Shown one piece after another: positions 9,489 through 17,876 of a DNA stretch of 64,000 bases. The DNA is taken from the IMG/VR virus record IMGVR_UViG_3300019885_000016. One strand, written 5' to 3'. Both the position numbers and the translations under genes were made by a program. The notes under the pieces were generated by a model that was not told the DNA's origin, ran no database searches, and saw only the letters and a list, made by a program, of their open reading frames with translations. Position 1 is the first letter of the stretch; every line of letters begins with the position of its first letter. This stretch comes from an uncultured virus (IMG/VR IMGVR_UViG_3300019885_000016) (lineage: Duplodnaviria > Heunggongvirae > Uroviricota > Caudoviricetes).

Positions 9489-9844
9489 CTCATCTCCTAA
9501 AGTTAGAGTGCGTATCCTTGTTCTCGCATCTCTGAATTCATAGATTCATAAAGTTGGCCGTCAAACGCAGACATCGTTTTCAGACTCGCGGTCGCCAAAT
9601 GCTTCAATCTCAGATTGCAAGAGTTGATCCAACTCGGATGCGGTCATTTCGTCTCCGTCAGAACAAACGTAAACGTCTCAATATAGACATGCACGTTCTC
9701 ATCATCGGTAATGTCATAGGTGAAGAAGCGTTCACCCCAGATGAGTATTCCAGGCGGCTCGTTAAACTTCGGAATAGTCCCACTTGTCACGTAACCGCCG
9801 TCTGCTGTTAGAAGTCTTACGTTGTCCATCTTGTCTCCCCTCAT

Positions 9845-10075
9845 CTATGCGGCCACCTCCATACTTAATTTCTCAAAACAGGCTTTGCAGCGAGTGGCTA
9901 TATCCACGAAGAGGCGAGGCTTATAGTTTGTAGAGTAGACGGACATTTCATAATATCTTTCGCCCGTCTGTATCTTTCGCTTGCCACATGCGCCACGACA
10001 GAATTTGTCTTTCCCGCGACCGCTCTTTGTGTGCGTCTCGGCTGTCGTGGTGTCTATCATTCTGTTGCTTAACAT
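9845..10075 (-). CDS. Small Cys-rich (zinc-binding) protein
   Basis: CRGAC and CKAC. Confidence 0.55.
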   Translation of the reverse strand: MLSNRMIDTTTAETHTKSGRGKDKFCRGACGKRKIQTGERYYEMSVYSTNYKPRLFVDIATRCKACFEKLSMEVAA

Positions 10076-10410
10076 TTGATCTTGCCTCTTGTAGAAATTA
10101 CGACGCGAGTTTTAGTTAACCCTTTTCTTGTCTCTCGCTTCTCCGCACCGTTGGCACTCGCGCACCTGCTTGCTGTGGGCGAAACCGCCAACATTGCGCT
10201 CGTCTATTAGTTGTGTCGTCGGGTTGATGTGCCCCTGCGAGCAGGCCCACGCATCTAAGGCGGGACAGTCGGGTTGACGCTTATGTGCGCCGTGATACCC
10301 TGAACGCACGCTGTATGCACCGTTGAAATGTCGCCCCACCTTCTTTTCTCCTTTTGTGTGAAATAGCTTCCCAGTGTCTAGTAGTCTGCGCTTTTGTAAA
10401 AAGGTATGCC

Positions 10411-11232
10411 TTACTCTGTTATGTCCAGCCAGCGACTTCCTTGTGTTTTGAATCTGATACAAGCTTCAACACAGATTTCAGCCGCAAGGGATAGAATCTT
10501 GTCGCGCTCGCTGGCTGCATCGCTGGCTGCGCGGGCTGCACAGCTGGCTGCGCTGGCTGCATAGCTGGCTACGCGGGCTGCAGCGCGGGCTGCACAGCTG
10601 GCTGCGCTGGCTGCACAGCTGGCTGCGCGGGCTGCACAGCTGGCTGCGCGGGCTGCATCGCTGGCTGCACAGCTGGCTGCGCGGGCTGCACAGCTGGCTG
10701 CGCGGGCTGCAGCGCTGGCTGCACAGCTGGTTGCGCGGGCTGCATCGCTGGCTGCACAGCTGGCTGCGCGGGCTGCATCGCTGGCTGCACAGCTGGCTTC
10801 TTTCGTCCCTTCCTCCTCGCACTTGTTCGCAGCATCGCGCAGTGCTTTTTGGTGTGTCTTATCAGGATGGACTTTCGCGGCTACGCGCAAAGACAAAGGA
10901 ACGATGCGACGAATCACTTGCTCAGAGACGTAAGTAATCCATGCGACCTCGTCAACACCCGTGCTGCCGAGTTGAGCTATAGCCGCACGCCGCATCCCTT
11001 TTGTGCGCGCATCGTTTGTAGACCATTGAGCATCATTGAGGCCGATCTTGTATGTGCGAATCACCGGCGCAACGCACTTCGGTTTATCGCCATGCTTATA
11101 TCCGAGTGCATAACAGATTGCAGCTTCTACACAGAATTTACCCGGCTCTGGCACGCCCAATCCCGCAACCAAACCTTTGTCCACTACTTCTAAAACTTTT
11201 CGTGCGTCGCGTTTTGTTAGATTTGTGCTCAT
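10411..11232 (-). CDS. First gene of the leftward operon; contains an Ala-rich tandem repeat
   Basis: AAGGAG RBS; (AASC/AASD/AAR)n region. Confidence 0.8.
   Translation of the reverse strand: MSTNLTKRDARKVLEVVDKGLVAGLGVPEPGKFCVEAAICYALGYKHGDKPKCVAPVIRTYKIGLNDAQWSTNDARTKGMRRAAIAQLGSTGVDEVAWITYVSEQVIRRIVPLSLRVAAKVHPDKTHQKALRDAANKCEEEGTKEASCAASDAARAASCAASDAARATSCAASAAARAASCAARAASCAASDAARAASCAARAASCAASAASCAARAAARVASYAASAASCAARAASDAASERDKILSLAAEICVEACIRFKTQGSRWLDITE
10509..10797. repeat. In-frame tandem repeat of mixed 9- and 12-bp units
   Basis: GCTGGCTGCACA, GCTGCGCGG and GCTGCATCG units. Confidence 0.9.
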
Positions 11233-11319
11233 TTAGTTTCTCCTTTGTGGATGTGAAATAGCTTCTTTAGTCTTAAATGGGGTTTTAACCTTTGTGCCCT
11301 ACCCCTTAAAGACAAGCGT

Positions 11320-11347
11320 ATTATAGCAAAGTTTGCAAGAATTGCAA
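11320..11347 (-). promoter_or_regulatory. Leftward early promoter with overlapping candidate operator
   Basis: Minus strand TTGCAA-16-TATAAT with extended TG; TTGCAA-N3-TTGCAA at 11333-11347. Confidence 0.75.
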
Positions 11348-11527
11348 AGCCCTTTCGTAAAGAAATGTTTTTATACCGATTTTTGCTAGGAAATTTGAGG
11401 ACTATTCAGAGTTTGCGTTTTGTTGGAGTGGGTATTAGATGTGTGAGGCAAAAAGCAGTGTAATAATAAATGCGCCAACCTTCACGGCATTGCCTTTTCT
11501 TTGCGAGATTTGTGTTAGGAACAAATT

Positions 11528-11794
11528 TTATTCACAGTACCGCCAATAGGCCGGACGATACCCTTGCTCTTGAGCTTTCCTCTGTGTGGTGTAGAATCCT
11601 TCTCTCGTTCGTCCATACCACTGTGAGCCGGGACACCAATAGATTCCAGATCGAGTATTTACCCAGACCTGTACGTTTGGATTGCCTTGCCTCTGCGTGG
11701 TGACTTCTGCGCTGGCGCTCTTGAATGTCGCCGGAGCGGTTGAAGTACATGCAAGGGCGATTGAAAGGAAGAGAATTGAGAGCAGTTTTTTCAT
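11528..11794 (-). CDS. Small exported protein/lipoprotein with VWVNTRSGIY..PGS.WYG.T domain
   Basis: Signal peptide with ALAC lipobox-like sequence; Ada-metal-binding-like GYRPA ending. Confidence 0.75.
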   Translation of the reverse strand: MKKLLSILFLSIALACTSTAPATFKSASAEVTTQRQGNPNVQVWVNTRSGIYWCPGSQWYGRTREGFYTTQRKAQEQGYRPAYWRYCE

Positions 11795-12204
11795 GGCGAG
11801 CTACCTTTCTTACTTAGAACGAACGCGAGGCTTTGATTGACTCGAACGAACACTAATTCTACTTGAACGGGGCGATCTGGAAATTGGTAAGTGAAGCTAA
11901 ATACCTCTGTCGGTCTGTTGCTATTTAGAAATTCAGTGAATCTACCTTTGAATTGTCTTACATCCGAACAAGGCGCTATTTCGGTAAAGAAGTTTCGACC
12001 AATAACATCTTGCGCGTGGTGGTCTGATAGTTCTTCTTCCGCGCGATTAAATTCCAGAATCTTTCCAGAGGCATCTAATTCAATTGCGCCATAAGGAAGC
12101 TCATCCAACTGCTCTGCTGTTAGAGAGGGAACACTCAAGGCTTTCCTATAACACTCTTCGCAGATTTTCCCTTTAGACGACTTCCCACACCACGCGCAGG
12201 TCAT
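11791..12204 (-). CDS. pyp: Photoactive yellow protein (PYP)-family PAS domain with N-terminal CxxC-CxxC zinc finger
   Basis: Gapless match to PYP: QLDELPYGAIELDASGKILEFNRAE...VIGRNFFTEIAPC; Cys69 and Glu46 equivalents retained. Confidence 0.88.
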   Translation of the reverse strand: MTCAWCGKSSKGKICEECYRKALSVPSLTAEQLDELPYGAIELDASGKILEFNRAEEELSDHHAQDVIGRNFFTEIAPCSDVRQFKGRFTEFLNSNRPTEVFSFTYQFPDRPVQVELVFVRVNQSLAFVLSKKGSSP

Positions 12205-12875
12205 GCGGCGTCCTCTGCTACTGCCACCTTCGGCAGATCAATCGTCCTTATCACCTTGACGAGAACAGCGTAAGGCTCAACCTTTTTTCGAGGGATTCTC
12301 ACAGTCTCGTAATCTTCATTCTCCGGCTTTAACTCAACCTTGTTTCCGCTCTGATGCCAGCGCTTCAGCGTAGCCTTGCGGTCAATGCCCTCTCTGATGT
12401 AAGCAACAACTATCTGATTTTGAGGTTCAGCCGGCGGGTCTGCCACAATAATAATGTCGCCATCTTGAATGTTGGCGTCCTTCATGCTGTCGCCAACGAC
12501 ACGTAAGGCGTGTGCATTGCGAGTTCCCGCAATGTCGGACTCAAAGACGTAGATAGTCTCAGCATCATCAATCGTCTCAATTGGCTTTCCCGCCGAAATA
12601 CGACCTTTTAGATGCAACGGAACTACGCGCGGGCATCGCTCATCTTCGGGCGGCTCAAACAGTTGCTTGTCCTTACGCGAGGCAGCCGCGCCCCGCTCCA
12701 TGAGCGCGCGTGATACCTCAGTAATTGTCCGCCGGTCTTTCTTCACCCAATACTCAATTACTTCGTAAACGTCATCGGGTACGCGAAAGGCCGGGACTGT
12801 TTTATTAAGCCCCTTCGCCACAAGCGCAACATTCTCAGAGTTTGTAGCTGTAGACAAGGAATGTTTTGTTTGCAT
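12201..12875 (-). CDS. Prophage repressor: RHH-like N-terminus plus LexA/CI S24 autopeptidase
   Basis: ISAG cleavage site, GDSM serine, ATLKR lysine; N-terminal AFRVPDDVYEVIE...RRTITEVSRALMERG. Confidence 0.9.
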   Translation of the reverse strand: MQTKHSLSTATNSENVALVAKGLNKTVPAFRVPDDVYEVIEYWVKKDRRTITEVSRALMERGAAASRKDKQLFEPPEDERCPRVVPLHLKGRISAGKPIETIDDAETIYVFESDIAGTRNAHALRVVGDSMKDANIQDGDIIIVADPPAEPQNQIVVAYIREGIDRKATLKRWHQSGNKVELKPENEDYETVRIPRKKVEPYAVLVKVIRTIDLPKVAVAEDAA

Positions 12876-12887
12876 ATAAAATACCTC

Positions 12888-12915
12888 TTGCAATATTTGC
12901 AAATCTGTGCATAAT
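12888..12915 (+). promoter_or_regulatory. Rightward early promoter with overlapping candidate operator
   Basis: TTGCAA-16-CATAAT; TTGCAA-N3-TTGCAA at 12888-12902. Confidence 0.7.
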
Positions 12916-12926
12916 CGGAAATCGAC

Positions 12927-13109
12927 GTGAGGAAAGATAAAGACAAAAAAGAGCCAGAGCCGCGATTGACGGTGACTCTACCAGCAACGCGGGTGACAGA
13001 AGATGTCGCAGCCTTTCTTGAGCGCAAGCGACAAGCTGAGCGTCGCCACAAAATAAGCGACACAGTAAGAGCCGTTCTGGAAGAGGCGGCAGAGCAAAGC
13101 GCAGCATGA
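12927..13109 (+). CDS. Cro-position ribbon-helix-helix regulator
   Basis: Divergent from the repressor; ATRVTEDVAAFLE...KISDTVRAVLEEA. Confidence 0.7.
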   Translation: MRKDKDKKEPEPRLTVTLPATRVTEDVAAFLERKRQAERRHKISDTVRAVLEEAAEQSAA

Positions 13110-13648
13110 ACATACAAGACGTTTCCATAGCAGACATAATAATTGGCGAGCGCCGGAGAAGTGACTACGGCGACATCCAACAACTAGCGGACTCTATCAC
13201 CGCGCGTCAACTCTTACACCCTATAACCGTAGTGCGCGAGGGCAATAAGTTCCGGCTGGCTGCCGGTGAGCGTCGTATAAGAGCCTTCCAGCTTTTAGGT
13301 CTTACTGAGATACCCGCCAAAGTGTACAGCGAACTCTCGGAAGAAGAGTTAAGGGCGATTGAATGGGAAGAGAATCGGCAGCGCAAAGACCTCACCATTG
13401 AAGAGTCCCGAAAATTAGTCCAAATCGCGCAAGATGCTGAAAAAGCAATAACTTCCGAATTTCCGTCCACGATGGACGAAAAATCAAAGGCCACGCGCAC
13501 GGAAGATTCGCGCACGCCAAAGGGCAGGCCGGAGACGGCGGACAAATTAAGAGTTTCGTTGCGCGAGATTGAAGAGAAAAACCCTTCGTTATTAAAGCTC
13601 GCTCAACAACGCGCATGGGAGCGTGGATTACTTTTTGACAAACCATAG
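13106..13648 (+). CDS. ParB/Spo0J N-terminal domain protein
   Basis: LADSI...LLHPITV...AGERRIRA...EENRQRKDL. Confidence 0.88.
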   Translation: MNIQDVSIADIIIGERRRSDYGDIQQLADSITARQLLHPITVVREGNKFRLAAGERRIRAFQLLGLTEIPAKVYSELSEEELRAIEWEENRQRKDLTIEESRKLVQIAQDAEKAITSEFPSTMDEKSKATRTEDSRTPKGRPETADKLRVSLREIEEKNPSLLKLAQQRAWERGLLFDKP

Positions 13649-14035
13649 GTGGTCGAGACCGACTGTAGGTGGCGCTACTTAATTGGTCGGGGCGTGGGAA
13701 GCGGGCGGAAAGCTAACCCACTATTTCAAATATCAGTTCTTTCAAAAGTTTGCCGTGACGCCTTCGGGCGTGTGCATTGTTTATCAATTCTTTGCGCTAC
13801 TTCGGTGAAAGCCGGAGACACGGCATCAGTTCTTTGAGATTGCGGGAGACAGAGGCATCAACTCATTCCTGCTCATGGACTATGAGTAACCCTGGATGAG
13901 TTTCCAAGAACTCTGAGGTGCAACACTATGGCAACTAAAAAAGGCTCAAGAGTTTTTGTTTCTGTCTCCGCAATGATTTAAGGCTTAGACGCCTGCTTTG
14001 TTTCGTTTGAATCCTTTGGTTGCAGGTACACGGTA

Positions 14036-14254
14036 ATGTGGCAATACACACGCGGCAGACAGGTTTACATACTTTCCCTTCTGTCCCTGCACGTCTGGAA
14101 AGAAACTCGGTGGCACGCAAAAATCTGCAACGCTGGACGGTATAAAAGCTGGCCTTTGTCGGAGACGTTCGACACAGAAGAAGAGGCCAAACAAGCTGCG
14201 ACTAAGGCCGCAATCGGACTATTGAAAGAGCACATCAAGAAACTTGAAGCTTAG
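14036..14254 (+). CDS. Phage hypothetical protein
   Basis: 72-aa ORF in rightward operon. Confidence 0.5.
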   Translation: MWQYTRGRQVYILSLLSLHVWKETRWHAKICNAGRYKSWPLSETFDTEEEAKQAATKAAIGLLKEHIKKLEA

Positions 14255-14296
14255 CATTTTGAATCTCTCGCTAAACGCTAACGAAAGGTAAATCCA

Positions 14297-14467
14297 ATGA
14301 GTGACAGCAAAGGTTCAACGGCGGCAAGTAGCGGCATCTCTCTAGGTGCTGCTCTTGCCGTGTCCATCTCTTGGAGTCTCTATCATTCAATCATGTGGGC
14401 AATCATTCACGGCATTTTCAGTTGGGGCTACGTCGTTTATTACTGTTTCCAAAGTGGGCGATTGTAG
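14297..14467 (+). CDS. 56-aa membrane protein (not in ORF track)
   Basis: Manual translation: MSDSKGS...GISLGAALAVSISWSLYHSIMWAIIHGIFSWGYVVYY; AAAGGT RBS. Confidence 0.75.
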   Translation: MSDSKGSTAASSGISLGAALAVSISWSLYHSIMWAIIHGIFSWGYVVYYCFQSGRL

Positions 14468-14991
14468 CGCGCGGACGCGGGGATTCAAGCGAATCACCAA
14501 CAACGTCTTAATCCTTAATTGTCAAACAACTATTTATTCTCGAAAGGCCACAGAATGCCCAAAGAAACAACCAAACCACAAGTACACAAGATGCTGGTGA
14601 TCTTCGGAGAAGACGGGTCTATGCACTTCGCGCCCGACGAGTCGCCCGACCTGCCAGACAACATTGAAGACGGCGTTGATGATAACGGCATTGTTGAGGG
14701 GCATATCGTTGAAACCTTCTATTGCGCTTTCAAGGACATGATCGAAGGTGACGGCTATCTCCGCGTCGTTGGAGATAACGATTTTACGGACGTTGAGATA
14801 CGCATACCTTTTGACCTCTTGCGCGCACTTGGCTGGCAAAAGAACGACCACGCCAGCGCGGTTAGCGGGAACAACTCGGATGCACCAATGCAGGCCAGCG
14901 TCTTAACCTGATATTTGATTATCAATTTATTTGAAGAGGCTTAGACCCGTGTTTCCACCTCTTCCATACGCCAACCGCAACGGAGAAATTC

Positions 14992-15630
14992 ATGCACAAC
15001 CTGGATAAAGTCCAAGACTACATCAAAGCGCACGCTAAATACGACACGCAACGCAATTATCTAGGAATGTCTGGCATAGGGCGTTGCCCTCGCCAACTCT
15101 ATGAGAATTTCCTGAGTCCTACTCAGCCCACAGAAGAAACCTATCGGAGTTGCTATCTCGGCTACCTTTGGGAGCGCGAAGCCAAAATCATTCTACAAGG
15201 TGCGGGCGTGTTTGAGTTCGATTCCGAGCGCGAACTAATTGCACCTTTTGACCCTCGTTTCATAGGCCACACGGACGGTGAAACCGCTCAGGGTGATTTA
15301 CTGGAAATCAAGTCTGTCACGCAAAGGGCAATGGACAAGATAAAGTCGGAGAACCGCATCAAGCGTGCCCACTTCTACCAAGTTCAGACCTACCTGAGAT
15401 ACGGCGATTATAGGCAGGCGTTGGTAACTCTTGTTTGCCGTGACCCAATGGAGTTCCACTTTATTCCAGTTCCCCGCGTTGAATCCGTTGGCGAGAGCAT
15501 GGAAAGAAAAGCTAAGACCGTGCTAGCGGCGATTGATGCCCGCTCGCGCCCCGCGTGCGAATGCGGATATTGCGGAGTTTCAAAGAGCTTTAGTGGGGCA
15601 TCTTGCACAAATGCCCCTTTACGCCAATAG
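14992..15630 (+). CDS. Cas4/AddB-like PD-(D/E)XK nuclease (solo, no CRISPR array)
   Basis: SGIGRCPRQ, GHTDG, LEIKS, QVQTY, CECGYC (1+3 Cys Fe-S pattern). Confidence 0.85.
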   Translation: MHNLDKVQDYIKAHAKYDTQRNYLGMSGIGRCPRQLYENFLSPTQPTEETYRSCYLGYLWEREAKIILQGAGVFEFDSERELIAPFDPRFIGHTDGETAQGDLLEIKSVTQRAMDKIKSENRIKRAHFYQVQTYLRYGDYRQALVTLVCRDPMEFHFIPVPRVESVGESMERKAKTVLAAIDARSRPACECGYCGVSKSFSGASCTNAPLRQ

Positions 15631-15742
15631 CTTATTAGCGCTTACAACCGATTGTGTAAATGAACACTTTTTGTTCACCAATTGAAAGATACGCCAATGA
15701 TTTTTGATTCTCTAGTCTAAATATCAAGGAAATATCTTACCA

Positions 15743-16195
15743 GTGAGACACGAACGACCTCTTACACCTGAGATTGAGAACATCCTGCGCGACCGGACTA
15801 AAGTGATGGCGCATGAGATGGACGTTGACCGCTCATACTTAGACGGCATTTTATCAGGATACAGAGCAGACCCACTTGCCCACCTGATACCGATATTCAA
15901 AGCAACCTGTCGAACTGATTTATCACTAGCCCGCCCTGTATTAGACCGTCTTAATTCCATCTATGAAGCGGAAGTCGGAAGAGAATCGAAAAGGTCAGAC
16001 TTCCATCTTCAATTAGGCATGGCGATGGATAGATACAGCAAGATCATAAACAAGTTGGGCGTAAGACGTATCAACGAATTGAGCAGAGAAGAGAAGGAAG
16101 TAATAAGAGGTTGGACGGCTTCAATGTCCAGCTTCACTCAGATGGCAGAGGTTTTTGTAAGTGATTCTTTACAGGAAGAAATGGTGAGCAAGTGA
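15743..16195 (+). CDS. Phage hypothetical protein, possibly regulatory
   Basis: HTH-like KVMAHEMDVDRSYLDGIL. Confidence 0.55.
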   Translation: MRHERPLTPEIENILRDRTKVMAHEMDVDRSYLDGILSGYRADPLAHLIPIFKATCRTDLSLARPVLDRLNSIYEAEVGRESKRSDFHLQLGMAMDRYSKIINKLGVRRINELSREEKEVIRGWTASMSSFTQMAEVFVSDSLQEEMVSK

Positions 16196-16608
16196 TGTCA
16201 GCAAGAATAGCAGAAAGAACTTGGACTTGTGATTGCTGCGGCCTTGAGAACGACCAGCGCGGCTGCGTCAAAGGCTCTCCGCAATGCGTGTGTTATCACT
16301 CTGGCCTCAAGACGCAGATTCACTCACTAAGCCCTGATTTCTGTATCACCTGCGGTCGCTGCGCTCTCCACTGCACAGGCTCACGCTTTTATGAAGAGCC
16401 AAACGATTTTGATAAGAGATTTAGATTCTCGTCAAACGCTCCCATTCAGAAAGATTCAAAGCCGCATCCATTTAGAGCAATAGGATTTTGTCACTGTGAG
16501 TCCGTTGCTGATTCTGAGTTAGTCAAGGAAGCGATTGTAGACGGAATACCTGAGCGAGATGTCCATGTAGTTTGCGGGAAGCGTTACATGCCTTTGGAGA
16601 ACGAGTAA
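16192..16608 (+). CDS. Cys-rich hypothetical protein
   Basis: Multiple Cys clusters. Confidence 0.6.
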   Translation: MMSARIAERTWTCDCCGLENDQRGCVKGSPQCVCYHSGLKTQIHSLSPDFCITCGRCALHCTGSRFYEEPNDFDKRFRFSSNAPIQKDSKPHPFRAIGFCHCESVADSELVKEAIVDGIPERDVHVVCGKRYMPLENE

Positions 16609-16814
16609 TGCCTATATCCACCGCACGCTCAGAGTTTACAGAAGACGTTCAGGACAAGGACGGCTTTAACTGCAACGGTTGCTATGAGCCGATTGTGCGC
16701 GGGAGTCGAATATTTACGAAAGACTATTTAACCAAACTTAACAAACCAGCAAAGGTAAGGCTTCATAACTTAGACGAGTGTTGGGAATCTTTTGTTGAAT
16801 GCTCCGCGCCTTAA
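16608..16814 (+). CDS. Zinc-binding protein truncated by mini-element D
   Basis: CNGC...H...C; terminal VECSAP is encoded by the element's right end. Confidence 0.6.
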   Translation: MPISTARSEFTEDVQDKDGFNCNGCYEPIVRGSRIFTKDYLTKLNKPAKVRLHNLDECWESFVECSAP

Positions 16815-17145
16815 AAGGCAAGGATTCTCTTGAGTAGAAACGGAGGTTGATTTGAGCAACGTAACGAGAATGTCTATACAGGAATTGCACGAGTCTATTG
16901 GTTTTGAGGACTCGCTTGTTGACGGCTCTGACGTTGACAGGCTTCTTAACGAACTGAGCGCACGGGGCGGAGCGGACGCGATTCTTGGCCGCTTCCTGCG
17001 TGACAAGCTTGCGGAGTATTGGTCAACCGTTGACCCTGAAAGTTGTATTGGCGACGAAAGTTGAAGCGCAATCTTGAAAGCGATTGCGCGATGGCTGCGG
17101 CTTCCTCCCCTGCATAAATGCAGAGGGGTCTCCGCCGAGGTTCTG
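16795..17145 (-). mobile_element. IS200/IS605-type non-autonomous mini-element D
   Basis: Minus strand: TCAT 17149-17146, GAGA 17132-17129, hairpin, second hairpin with GCTTTCAA loop 17089-17066; right end GAAT 16827-16824 to TCAA 16798-16795, nearly identical to 4350-4381. Confidence 0.82.
16852..17064 (+). CDS. Passenger of element D; acidic hypothetical protein
   Basis: GGAGG RBS immediately inside the right end. Confidence 0.6.
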   Translation: MSNVTRMSIQELHESIGFEDSLVDGSDVDRLLNELSARGGADAILGRFLRDKLAEYWSTVDPESCIGDES

Positions 17146-17217
17146 ATGATCGAGTCTGGCAACAGGCAGCGCGTAGAAGAGAGTTAGGGATACACCCGAA
17201 AAGGAGAAGGAAAAGCA

Positions 17218-17559
17218 ATGGCACACCACAGCAGCATACCGTTTGATGAGTTGCCCGAAGGCTTGCGCGAGATGTTTCCCGACAAGCCCAACGAATATGT
17301 CCGCGAGCTAATGACGCCGCGAGACGCTTTTGGTCGTGACAAGTTCGGTGCTACCGGAAAATTCCCGCAAGGACACTATAACGAGACGGACGAAGGCGAG
17401 ATAGCTTTCGGCGTGGCCGCAGATAAGCAAGCGGGCAAAGTCATTATCAACTTCGGCAAGCCTACCGCGTGGGTAGGGATGGACAGAGAGCAAGCATTAG
17501 CGCTTGCTGAATCTCTGAAGCAGAAAGCAGACGACCTTTTGACGGTCGGCTTGGAATAA
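17218..17559 (+). CDS. Conserved phage hypothetical protein
   Basis: GATGKFPQG...DEGEIAFGV...INFGKP; strong RBS. Confidence 0.7.
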   Translation: MAHHSSIPFDELPEGLREMFPDKPNEYVRELMTPRDAFGRDKFGATGKFPQGHYNETDEGEIAFGVAADKQAGKVIINFGKPTAWVGMDREQALALAESLKQKADDLLTVGLE

Positions 17560-17646
17560 CGCGAGGTTGGTCGGGCGTGGAACTGTTTATTGAAAACTTT
17601 GGGAGAGGTTGTCAGGAAATGGGGAAGCGTCCGGCCAGCGAAAAGG

Positions 17647-17829
17647 TTAGAAGCGAGTTTCTAACAGACCTAAACCAATGATTTCTACAACGTCAAAAGT
17701 ATTAACGCTGGTTGAAACCGAAGCACGTTGCGGTGGTGGTGGGGTGTATCCGGGGTCGTCAATGATTCCCGCGAAGGCAGGGACGCACAGAAGACCCGCC
17801 AGCACCAAAGAGGCGAGTGTTTTTCGCAT
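17647..17829 (-). CDS. Small secreted pro-peptide
   Basis: AAGGAG RBS; MRK plus hydrophobic core plus AFA signal-peptidase site; GIIDDPG, Pro-rich linker, amphipathic tail. Confidence 0.75.
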   Translation of the reverse strand: MRKTLASLVLAGLLCVPAFAGIIDDPGYTPPPPQRASVSTSVNTFDVVEIIGLGLLETRF

Positions 17830-17876
17830 GGCTTGTACTCCTTTCTTCGGAGATAGATAGAACCCTAAATTTTATC

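Noticed and set aside
10509..10797. CRISPR array or DGR template
   Set aside because: Contiguous short units without spacers; no reverse transcriptase in the window
10478..10937. Alternative-frame repeat proteins (SQLCSQR, QPAVQPA, WLHSWLR)
   Set aside because: By-products of the tandem repeat; only the 10411..11232 frame has an RBS and non-repetitive flanks
12201..12875. Host lexA
   Set aside because: Lacks the LexA winged-helix N-terminus and sits in a divergent prophage switch
14992..15630. CRISPR-Cas system suggested by the Cas4-like gene
   Set aside because: No repeat-spacer array or other cas genes seen; solo Cas4-like nucleases are common in phages
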